Assembly: GCF_009914755.1 (NCBI RefSeq)
Contig: NC_060943.1
Source of the DNA: the human T2T-CHM13v2.0 reference genome, Homo sapiens
Direction: 5' to 3' (one strand)
Length of the DNA: 64,000 bases
A program made the translations under genes and the position numbers. Shown here in pieces: positions 32,178 through 44,674 of the stretch. Positions within the stretch are counted from its first letter, which is position 1. Each line of letters starts with the position of its first letter. The notes under the pieces are model-generated. The model ran no database searches. It was not told the origin of the DNA and saw only the letters and a list, made by a program, of their open reading frames with translations.

Positions 32178-34702
32178 CTGAGCCAAGAAGAGAAATATGT
32201 GAGCTTTGAAGGTGCAGTTTCATTTCGAGGAATAGAGAATATCTGTTCAAAGTTGGGGCAGTTCAGAGCAGAGTGAGCTGCAAACTGTTGTGCAGGTATG
32301 GGGCTGGAAGGCTTCATACAACCTCATAGTCCTGGGACCCAAACTTTTATTCAGACCATGGAAGCAGGTGTGACAAGAGTTGGGCAAGGCAGACCTTTAA
32401 TCCACCCTGATAGGCTGGAGTGTGGGCTTATGGCATTTCTCCTTTGACCCAATTAACCTCCACTCCCAATGTATCTCTGTGCAGAAGGCTCAGCTAGGTG
32501 TGTCAGACATTGTAAATCCTCAACATAAATTATAATTTAACCTAGAATACAGAGACTATGTAGCAGGAGGAGAGGAAATGTGGAGATATTAATCTCTTCT
32601 CCCTTATCTGAAAGGAACCTAGCGTAAGAAATTTCATGCTTAATAGGCCAAAGAGTAAATCAGAAAACTCCATGGGTGATGGTATGCTCATGGTGGTGGT
32701 GGTGGTGGTGGGGAATTCTTTGCCCTGTGACCTCCCTTGGATTAATTTGTCCCCAGCACAATGGGAAAAAACATTTAATCCTCGGAGTTTTTAAAATTTA
32801 TTTATTTATTTTTTTTGCCTGAGAGTGACTCTGATCCTGTTTCTGACGGTCATGTTCGTCAGCATTGTAGTGAGTAAGTCACTGGCCTTGTAGCATCTGG
32901 AGTGATGGGAGTGATCCAAGATCCCCAGTTCCCATGTCACAAATGAGGATCCCACATATCTGGGGCAGCGATGGAAAAGGAGGCATGGCTGGAGGGTTAG
33001 GGTAGGCTAATTGCTGCTGGGATGGGAGAGGATGCAGAGGGAGCTGTGTCCCTCCTCTCTATCCCCAGCTTTGGAGGAATCACGTGTGCTTTGTCAGCTG
33101 AAGTTGGAGCAACATTCAATGGTGAGTGCCCTCTTACAAACAGCTCAATGTGAACATAATGAGAACACCAGGGTCTGCTGGAGGCAGAGTGGCCTGGTGG
33201 TAAGAACTCAGGCTCTGGGGTCAGGCAGAGCTGGTTCAAGTCCTGGCTCTGCATCTTCTAAGATGCACACCTCTTGGTTAGAGCCTTAACCTCACCAAAC
33301 CTCAGTTGCACCATGTTCACAGTATCCCACCTCTGAGGCTGCTGTTGGCAGTAATGAGATGATGTGGACAGTCTCAAGAGGTGGCACATGGTCACCTCTA
33401 GGAGGAAGGGCATCAGGTGTGTGTAGAATGTAGTGTGGGCTTGGGGCAGGAAGTGAGGGAGTGGTGAGAGATGAAGAGAGGTGAGGAGAACTTCTAGAAT
33501 TAAAGGAAGCTACTCTTGTTACAAAAGCAGCTGACAGGCTGTATTAGGGATCTCTAGAGGGACAGAAGTAATAGGATAGATGTATATATAAAGGAGAGTT
33601 TATTAAGGGATATTAACTCACACAATTATAAAGTCCCACAATAGGCCGTCTGCAAGCTTAGGACCAAAGAAGCCAGACCTAGTCCCAAAGCTGAAGAACT
33701 TGGAGTCCGATGTTCAAGGGCAGGAAGCATCCAGCATGGGAGAAAGATGTAGGCTGGGAGGCTAAGCCAGTCTAATCTCTCCACATTCTTCTGTCTGCGT
33801 TTTATTCTGGCCACTCTGACAGCTGGTTAGATGGTGCCCACCTGGATTGAGGGTGGGTCTGCCTCTCCCAGTCCACTGACTCAAATGTTAATCTCCTTTG
33901 GCAACACCCTCACAGACACAACCAGGACCAATACTTTGCATCCTTCAATCCAATCAAGTTGACACTCAGTATTAACCGTCACAAAGGCCCACAGAGCTGG
34001 ACCCCATCCCAGACGCTGACTGCATGGCCCTCTCCTACCTCTGAGGTTGTCTTGACCACCTCACCCTCAAAACCCCTAGAGTCAGCCACCGCAGTGCAGC
34101 TGAGCTCACTGGGGGTGCTTCTGGCGTTCTGAGTCAGGGGATAGCGGGCCTGATGTCAGGGGTGAGGAGAGCTGGTCCTGGGGGCAGTGTGCTGCAGTGG
34201 GAGCTGGACACATCCCCTGATCCTTGGGGGCTGAAACAGGAGCTGGAAGGAGCCTGTGTCAAAACATGGACCTGGGAGCGTTTCCAAGTTTAGAGAAGCC
34301 TGGAGCCCGCTTGAGGACTGGGGATCAGGCATTTGACCTCCTCCACCACCCAGTAGCCTCTGAGACACTGACATAGCTGCGGGAAGAGCTAAGTAGCAAT
34401 AATGAGCATAATTTGGAGACTCAGGAGACACCACCCTAGGGACCCAGGTCGTCCTCACCGGCCCCTGACAGCTCCTTGCTTGGGTCTCCCAGTGACCTAG
34501 GAACAGGCTGATGTGAAGTGCAACCCAGACTTCATCCTGTGCCAAGTATTCTGGGAAGTGAGAGGAGGGTGCAGGGGTCATAGAGGGTCTGCCTCATTCA
34601 GCACCAGGGACAGCGATCGACCCCGGACTCCTTGGCCTCTGTGGCTGCAGGGACACTGGCTCAGGTGCATCCCATACACTTCTGCAGTTCAGAGTCCAAG
34701 GC
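32178..34702 (+). pseudogene. Unprocessed pseudogene relic of a type II membrane C-type-lectin-like gene (cytoplasmic, TM and neck exons)
   Basis: Six candidate exons with splice sites: ~32178-32295, 32757-32873 (TM, VTLILFLTVMFVSIVV), 33069-33121, 34354-34401, 34493-34557, 34651-34702. They carry stops and frameshifts. No lectin-domain exon was found. Confidence 0.5.
33540..33983 (-). mobile_element. MLT2A (HERV-L) solo LTR
   Basis: Closely similar to 28305-28756; TG...CA ends; TSD CAGGC/AAGGC. Confidence 0.88.
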
Positions 34703-36279
34703 GTGAGCACCTTGCAGGGTCCCACAGAGTGGGGGCTTGGGAGGAAAGATGACACCATGGACTTGAGCAGAGCATGAGTTGATGAGGACAGGACCACAGC
34801 TAGGATATATAGCAAATGTCCAGTCCAGAAACCATGGAACCAGAGTTAAGGAAGAAGCATTGTGCTGAAGGAAGGCAAATGTACTCAAGAATCCCCCAGA
34901 AGGATGGAGTGAAGTTCTGGTAAAGGGAATGGAAATCAAGGAAAACTCAAAGACAGAAGGGAGCCAGAATATGGGTGCCATTGAATGTCCTGCTGAGGAA
35001 TTAGGACTAAATCTTCTAGACAGTGTTTCTGCCAGTGTGCCCTTTGGGATGCTAGACACCTCAGATAATATATATTCAGAGGACTCTGGATATCACTAAG
35101 CTTGGCAAAATGACACATTGTCCATTATCCTCCTAAAAATTCACAATTATTATAACATATTAAAAGTATTATGACTCCCTGCAGTAAAGAACTTCCTGTT
35201 TCGTATTGCTTGATCCATAATTTAGACACACACACAGACACACACACTTGCAATTTAAAAAAATAACAGTAGGCATGACAATAGGAGAAATGACAGCCAG
35301 TTTGGTTTATGCCAAAATTAGACCCTTGAGGCAGCTGAGAAATTGTCTTGTTGGAAAACCTCTCCAAGCTCCAGAAAGGGGAATTTACAAGGTCTCAAGT
35401 ATTCTCAAAGCCCAAAAAGAGTTTCATGTGAAAGTTGAAGCTGAGCCATCTTTCCACTTGTAAATGTCCTTCAGGTACCATCTCCTGAGGTCAGTGCAAT
35501 AATAGTCACCATCTTTAGTTGGAGTGATGAAATTCTGCCTAAGAAAAAGATATGGTCAAGAGATATGTGGGACCATAGCTAAGACCAGGGGTTGGGTCGT
35601 CTTCTAAAAAGAACAAGACACAGTGGACCCCACAGACAGGGGCCATTGTCAATGTCACAGTTGAATGTACTGGCTGAATGCTCTGGCTTGACATCCATCA
35701 GAACCATTATTAAGGCGTATGTGATCATTCAACTCAGACACATATGACACTCAAGCACCTTGTCTGAAAATGGAGAAAACAATGACATTCGCCTCCAAGG
35801 CTCAGTGAAGAAATAAGGGCACAGTGTAGTGCCTAGCTGAGTGTGGGATAAGTGGTAATTAAGAATATTATTAAATGGTATTGATAAAAAGGTAAGGAGT
35901 TTGGCTCTACCCAGTATAAATGGTTAGGTGAATCAACTAGTCCACTGACATATATGGAGTCCTGCTGAGTGTCAACTCAAGTTCCAGGCACTATGGACTC
36001 AAAGGTGAGTCAGATCAAGCCCTTGTCCCTGGAAGATTGCTCATGTGTGGGGTGATGCACCTGTGATCTGACAGCACAGTCCAGAGTTGCATCCTGAAAT
36101 GAAAGCAGGTGCTGTTAACATTAGCCTCCCAATTGGCAGATGGAGGTGCAGAGAGATCAATTCACTTTACCAAAGCCACACAGCCAGGAAGTGGATGAGC
36201 CAGGATTTGAACCTTAGTCTGTCTGAGATGAGTCAGTGCTGTGAAGCAAGGAGCTATCCAGGCTATGCTACAAGTCTCC

Positions 36280-36925
36280 CCTTAATCATTAATCTGTGTT
36301 TAAGAAACTGAAGAGAAACAAACAATTCGCAATGGTGATCAGCTGGTCTCTGTTTAAAGAAGAAAACAAGCCCCTGGAGCATTCAACCGAAGTGATGTCA
36401 TGGGGTCTCCAAACCAGGCAATTAGTAAAATTTATCTGAACCTGCCACCTCCAGCCCTGCTCTAAAGCTCTCAGTGCACATCGTTCAAAGCCCCCAGGTA
36501 TCTTTTCTGGAGGACACAGCAGAGAAGAACATGGTTAGAGCCTTGATTGGTATTAAAGATCCCAATGGGACAACTGTCTGCACAACTCGCCAAACTCCAC
36601 TGCATAACAATCCCCAGGAAGCCAATTCTAAGTTTTGATAGTGAACAAGCCATGGGATTTTCACTAACACCTGGGGACTCATTAAAAGTTGACACACAAT
36701 TTCCATCTCCACTTCATTTTTTTTCTTTTTTTTTTTTTTTGCAAATGAAAGGGTCTCTAAGGATCAGCTACAGAGCTGCAGGGAGGTTAGGTTTGAATGC
36801 ATAGCTCAGGGATTAAGTGGAGACAGAAACACGGCTCATCTTACTCTGGGGAAATGGTCCCAGAGAGTTTTCCATTTAGCCTCAGGTCCAAACTTAGGTG
36901 TCTGATTAGCAGCAAGAGACATAGG
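36280..36925. promoter_or_regulatory. Candidate olfactory-receptor enhancer or distal promoter (Lhx2 homeodomain plus Ebf/O-E motif cluster)
   Basis: Composite AACTTTTAATGAGTCCCCAGG (minus, 36670-36690), plus several TAAT(G/T/C) and CCC(C)AG(G/A) sites in non-repeat DNA 8 kb upstream of OR10H2. Confidence 0.55.
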
Positions 36926-38509
36926 TAGGCATTGGAAGTGGCTCTTTCTTCCCCAAGACACTATAGTCCCAGAGCTCCACATAGCCAAATGTTACAGAAA
37001 GCACCACAGCATCTTGGACATCAGAACCAAAGTATGCAAAGTACTTGGTGCCAAGAGTGGCCCCTGTGAGCATTTTGTGCTGCCGGATGGGATGGAGGGT
37101 AAGGTCTCCAGAGCTCCGAGGTGGGCCAGGCTTCTGCTTCCTCCATCCTAATACTTACCACACTCTCCTTATTATATAAATGACTTGTTCAATACCTACT
37201 ATCTTTCTCTACTCAACGTTCCCCCCAAGAAGATAAGGCCACACTGGATTTGCCCAACCTTGTGTTCTCACTGCTTGGCACCTAATAGATGCTCAATAAA
37301 TACTCGCAGAGAAAACAAACAAATGACTCTCTCATTGCAACCCCATTCCATGTCTGTGAGTTGCAAAACCCTTCTAAAATGTGGATGGCTATTCTCCAGT
37401 TAATCTGAAATTCATTTTGTAGATGTAGTTGACATCATTTGAACCCACCTGCCCTTATGTGTGTATCCCCTGTGTCAACTCAGGTCTGATGGATTATGGG
37501 GAAAGGTCCTTTGGATGCAAACCTCTGCCTGTCTTTTAGGCTCCTTGAGCCACTCCTCACTCCTAGCTTCCCAAGGCCCCTTCCATATTGGCCTTCTTCT
37601 GTTCCTTGGATGAGCAGTCATTTTCCCACCCTAAGTCCTTTGCACATGCCCTTCCCTCTGCTTGGTGCACAACCTTTCCTCTCCCTCTGCAGAATGACTC
37701 AAATGAAGTGCTACCTCCTCCGTGAAGTTCTCTCCTATCAGCCTGTCCTGCTTTCTGAGGATTCGTTTGCCTACTCCTGTAGCCACTACCATCCCTTCCT
37801 TATGCTCCTCCTGCTCTTGTCTGAAATTCAGTTATTCATCATCTACCTTCTCTCCTCCACTGTAAAGTCCACAAGAACAGGCTCTAAGTCTGCACTGGCC
37901 ATTGCAGTGTCCACAGCTCCTGGCTCAGTGATGAGCTCCAATGCTCTGGATACATCTGTTAAGTGTGTGGTAGCTGAGGCTGAACTTCCTCTGAGCTGGA
38001 GATAAGAGTTATCTCATGCACAGTCTTTAGGGGTTGAGGCTGATCACTCTCATCATCTTAAGCAGCCAGTGTGGCTCTTTCTATTTCTCCCTGTTACCAA
38101 AGAGCAGATCAAGCATGAGGTTTCCTGTTTCTACTAATATTTATTGTCAGGCAGTGCTTATCTCAGATGGAGGAGACCTCTTGAGCAAGAAGTTGACCAA
38201 GGCATTGAAGAGCCCTTCAACCCAACTCAGCCCTCCGATCTTTAGTGAAAATGTTATCCTATGAATATTTATGACACACCTAATATGTGCTAGAATGGTG
38301 ACTGCGACCTGGATTCCACCTCTAAGAGCTTCTGGGCAAAGAAGGGAGACAGACCAGTGCATCAGTCATTCAGATACCGCAAGATAAATGCAATGAAAAT
38401 GCTGCAGGCTCCTGCTTACAGCCCTTTTCCCTTCTCTGAAACTCATTGAGGTGAAAAGATCCAAAAAAGGAATTCATCTAGAATAAATTACCATTAATAC
38501 TAAAGAGAA

Positions 38510-39210
38510 CCTGCGTGGCTTGTTTCACTTGACACAATGTCTTCTAGGTTCATCCATGTTGTCGTGAATGAGAGGATTTCCTTCTTTTTCAAGGCTGAAT
38601 AGTATTCCATGTGTATTTATTACCTCATCCATTTATCCGTTGATGGACACTTAGGTTGATTCCATCTCTTGACTTTTGTGAATAGTGCTGCAATGAATGT
38701 GGGAGTGAAGATATCTCTTTAATATACTGATTTCATTTCCTTTGGGTATATACTATACCCAGATTATATGATATGCTGGATATTATATGCTGGATTATAT
38801 GATAATTCCATTTTTAATTTTCTGAGGAACCTCTATACTGTTTTTTATAATGGCTGTACTCATCTACAATCCCACCTACAGTTTACAAGAGTTCCCTTTT
38901 CTTCACATTCTTGCCAACATTTTTTTTATCTTTCATCTTTTTGATGTTGGTCAAAGAACATAAAATTTCAGTTAGACAGGAAGACCAAGAGATCTAGTGC
39001 ATCATGATGACTATAATTAATAACAATCTATTGTATATTTGAAAATTAACGAGAGTAGATTTTGAGTATTGCCATCACAGAAAAGAATGATAACTATGTG
39101 GGATAATGCACATGTTAACAGTCTTGAATGAACCATTCCGCAGTGTATACAGATATCCAAACGTCATGTTGTACAGCATAAATACATACACATTTTGCCA
39201 ATTAAAAAAA
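38510..39210. mobile_element. L1M fragments (antisense, then sense 3' end)
   Basis: L1M 3'UTR motifs in both orientations. Confidence 0.65.
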
Positions 39211-39325
39211 TGAGTATCTGCCAGATTTCATGTATTTGGGATCAGATGGAAGAAACAGAGGAATTTGTCGCACAGTCCCTGACTCAAGGGCAGAATGCAG
39301 TGAAAGGAAGTAGATGGAGAAGATG

Positions 39326-39379
39326 TTTCTTTTTCTTTTCTCTTTCTTTTCTTTCTCTTTTCTTTTTCTTTTCTTCCTC

Positions 39380-39461
<82 letters not shown>

Positions 39462-39498
39462 CTTTCTTTCTTTCTTTTCTTTCTTTCTTTCTTTTTTT
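39326..39498. repeat. (TTTC)n microsatellite derived from an Alu tail; ~45-bp Alu remnant follows to 39545
   Basis: Long perfect TTTC array. Confidence 0.95.
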
Positions 39499-40142
39499 GG
39501 AGATACAGTCTCACTCTGCCACCCAGGCTGGAGTGCAGTGATTTGATTGATCCCGGGTGAAAGTTGCGTGGGGGGGACACCGTCGTGTACCATCCTCGGC
39601 GCGTCTCCGTGAGTGGTGCTGCGAGTGCGCATGTCTGCACGCATCTCCAGGTGTGCATGGTGCCAGGACGCTCTGCAGGTGCGTGTCCACCTCCGCGTGC
39701 AGGGTCTCTGCCTCTGTGAGGGCTCAGGTCTGAACATTCTTGCTAGTGCGCGCGCGTGCCGGTTGGGTGCACGCTTGATGTTGGCGACAGAGCCTGCAGC
39801 ACGTGGGGAGAGGTGGCAGGCGGATGCAGGTACATGGACAGGTGTGTGAGGGACACAGTGGGCACCCGTGTCTCAGTCTGTGGAGGCGGAAGCCGCCCAT
39901 CCCTGAGCTTTCCTGAGGAGCCTCCCCCTCTGCTTTCAGACACAGCTGGGGTGGGGCTCAGCGCTGTCCTGGGCGGGAGCAGGAAGGCTGAGCCGGGACA
40001 GCGCTGTGGGTTCTGCCTCCCTTAGCTCCGGACTGACCCTGGGCACCCCAGGACCCTCTCCCTTCCTGAGCACAGGCTAGGCTGTGAACACAGTGCAGAG
40101 ACAGGGAGAGGTAGAACAAGGCTGAGGGTGGCCCACGGTCCA

Positions 40143-40482
40143 TTTTTTTTTTTTTTTTTTTTGAGATGGAGTTTCGCTCTGTCACCCAGGCTGGTATGCA
40201 GTGGCGCAATCTCGGCTCACTGCAACCTCCTCCTCCCGGGTTCAAGCAATTCTCCTGTCTCAGTGATTCTCCTGTGATTCTCAGTGATTCTCCTGCCTCA
40301 GCCTCCTGAGTAGCTGGGATTACAGGCATGTGTCGCCACGCCCAGCTAATTTTTGTATTTTTAGTAGAGACAGGGTTTCACCAGGTCGGCCAGGCTGGTC
40401 TCGAACTCCTGACCTCAGGCGATTCACCTGCCTCAGCCTCGCAAAGTGCTGGGATTACAGGCGTGAGCCACCGTGCCCGGCC
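40143..40482 (-). mobile_element. AluS with small internal duplication (CAGTGATTCTCCTG repeats)
   Basis: Antisense dimeric Alu. Confidence 0.9.
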
Positions 40483-41049
40483 CCATGGTGTACTTTTTAA
40501 AAATTGAAATAAAATTCTCATAATATTGAATTAAATAGTATAAAGTGTACAATTTAGTGGTGTTTAGTACATTCACAAGGTTGTACAACCACCACCTCTA
40601 TCTAGTTTCAGAATATTTTTGTCCCCACCCTTAAAAACCCGTACCCATGAGCAATCACTCCCCATTCCCCCCTCCCAGCCCCTGTCAACCAACACCTGCT
40701 TTCTGTCTCTATGGATTGGCCTGTTCTGGACATTTCATAGCAATGGGATCAGAATATATGTGACTCTTTTGTCTGGCTTCTTCCACTCAATATCGTGTTT
40801 TCAAGGCTCCTCATTTTGCATGGGTCATGATCCGTGTTGCATGGGTCAGTGCTTTATTCCTTTTTATTTTTTATAGGTATATAGTAGGTGTGTATACTTA
40901 TGGGGTACATGAGCTGTTTTGACAAAGGCATACGATGAGTAATAATTACATCAGGGTAAATACAGGATCCATCACCTCAACCATCACCTCAAGCATTTGT
41001 TGTTTCTTTGTGTTACAAACATTCCAATTATATATATATATATATATAA

Positions 41050-41336
<287 letters not shown>

Positions 41337-41855
41337 TCCAATTATACTTATTATATTAACTAATTATATTTAGCTCTTATAAAATATACATTAAATTATT
41401 GTTGATTGTAATCCCCCTGTTGTGATATCAAATACTAGATCTTATTCATTCTGTCTAACTATACTTTTTTACGCATTAATCATCCCCACTCCCCCCCCCA
41501 GCTATGTGCACTACCCTTCCCAGCCTCTAATAAACATCCTTCTGCTCTCTATGTCCCTGAATGCAATTCTTTTAACTTTTGGCTACCACAAATGAATGAG
41601 AACATGCAAAGTCTGTCTTTCTGTGCCTGGCTTATTTCACTTGACATAATGACCTCCAGTTCCATTCATTTTGTTGCAAAGGACTGGATCTCATTCCTTT
41701 TTTGTGTCTGAGTAATACTCCATTGTGTATATGTACCACATTTTCTTTAACTAATTCTCTGTTGATGGACACTTAGGTTTCTTCCGAATCTGGGCTATTG
41801 TGAATAGTGCTGCAGTAAGCATGAGTGAAGAAATCTCTTCAATGTACTAATTTCC

Positions 41856-42132
<277 letters not shown>

Positions 42133-43108
42133 TTATGATTTTCTTTCTTTAGGGTATATGCCTAGCAGTGAGATTGCTGGATTGTAAGGTAGTTCTATTT
42201 TAGTTTTTGGGAAACTTCCATACTGTTCTCCATAGTGGCTGTACTAATTTACATCGCCACCAACAGTGTATGAGGATTCCCTTTTCTCTGTGTTCTCACC
42301 TGGATTCTCTATCTTTTGGACAAAGCTATTTATTGTCTTCTATCTTTTAGATAAAAGCTGTTTTAACTGGCATGAGCTTTCAAAAATTTAGATTAAATTT
42401 ATTTAACCTGAAATTATCCTTTAAATATTTTAAAGTGGACAATCAGTGGCATTTAGTACATTAACATGTTGTGCAGCTACTACCTCTAGTTACAAGACAT
42501 TGTCACCATTCCAAAAAGAACTTCATATCCATTCATCAGTCATTCCCCATCCCACGCTAGCCCCATTCCCTGACAACCACACATCTGCTTTCTTTCTCAG
42601 TGGATTTAACTATTCTGGACATTTCTTATAAATGGAATTATATACTATGTGGCCTTTTGTGTCTGGCTTCCTTCACTCAGCCTCATGTTCTCAAAGTGCA
42701 TCCACGCTGTTGCATGTATCACTGATTCAATCTTTGCGTGGTTGCATAATATTTCATTGTGTGGTCGGACCACATTTTGTTTATCCATTCATTCATTGAT
42801 CCAGTTTGCATTGTAACATAAACTTTTGTATTTTGCATCTAGCCTGTTTGCAGACTGGCAAGAAAGAGAGTGGGAGAGGAGTCACAGCCTCCTAGTTTAG
42901 TTTGTTGGGGAACTTCCATAAACTAAATAAAGTAGAAGGGCTCCTATTGGTGCAGGGAGGAGAGCTGCCCTGGCAGAGAAATTGGGCAGATCTGACTCTG
43001 TGGCCACTCAGGGAAGGTGATGAGAGAAGCCATGGCTGATAGCCTAGGTTTTTGCTGTTAGGTTTGGGATTGGAGGATTGGGGTTGGGGTCAAAAAGAGG
43101 AGGAGACC

Positions 43109-43180
43109 AGCAGAGTCACGTAGTGGAAGCATGCTGGGCCCATAGCCTAGAGGTCAGTGGACCATAACCATTTTCTGCTA
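43109..43180 (+). pseudogene. tRNA-iMet(CAT) pseudogene
   Basis: 72-nt ungapped match (about 58/72 by eye) to initiator tRNA AGCAGAGTGGCGCAGCGGAAGCGTGCTGGGCCCATAACCCAGAGGTCGATGGATCGAAACCATCCTCTGCTA. The CAT anticodon is retained; A and B boxes are mutated. Confidence 0.88.
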
Positions 43181-43190
43181 AGAAGTTTTT

Positions 43191-44120
<930 letters not shown>

Positions 44121-44674
44121 ATTTTCCAGGGGAGCAATGAGGCTCAGAGAGGGGAAGCAACCTGCCCTGCATCTCACAGCTAGAAAGCAGTGGTGCCGAG
44201 AATTAAACAGAGTCTGGACGTTTCCATGACATAGGGAAGAGATGACTTCCAGCTGAAGGTGGCAATCAGGGAGCAGCTTGCTCATAAAATTCAGGTAGGA
44301 TTTGGACCCATAAAGATAGGGAAAAGCATGAAAAGACCAGCATGAACAAAGGCAGAAAAGCAAGGTGTAGGTGGTGGTGCATGGATCTAATAATCGTGAT
44401 GGCAATAACAATAGCAGAATAATTATTACTATCAACATTTATAATTTATTAAATTCTTACTTTGTGTCAGGACCTGCACAAAGCACTTAAGGTGAGTGAT
44501 CTTATTTAAACTTCAATACATTAGTATTAATGCCTTTCTGCAGATGGAGTAACCATGGCTTGGACAGGTGAAGGAGCGCTCTCAGATGTCCTCCCAGGCA
44601 GGAATCACTAGACACCCCCATGCTCCTAACCACTGGGTCTTCTTTCCTCTCTTCCCCAACTAGGGGTGGCCGTC

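Noticed and set aside
34400-34442. TAATGA plus ACCCTAGGGA (homeodomain and Ebf-like pair)
   Set aside because: The TAATGA coincides with the mutated donor of putative lectin exon D, and an isolated pair is too weak to call regulatory.
37496-38005. 169-aa ORF
   Set aside because: Low-complexity, pyrimidine-rich, L2-like sequence with no recognisable domain.
38034-38264. ORF containing GSFYFS, similar to the CRD motif GSCYYFS
   Set aside because: Lacks the conserved Cys/Trp residues and clear splice sites.
39195-39737. Lys/Glu/Arg-rich and Phe/Leu/Ser-rich ORFs
   Set aside because: Translation artefacts of the (TTTC)n microsatellite.
44666-44674. ORF-track starts at 44666 (GTG) and 57990 (TTG)
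   Set aside because: Non-ATG starts at or before the splice acceptors; the ATGs at 44675 and 58020 were used instead.
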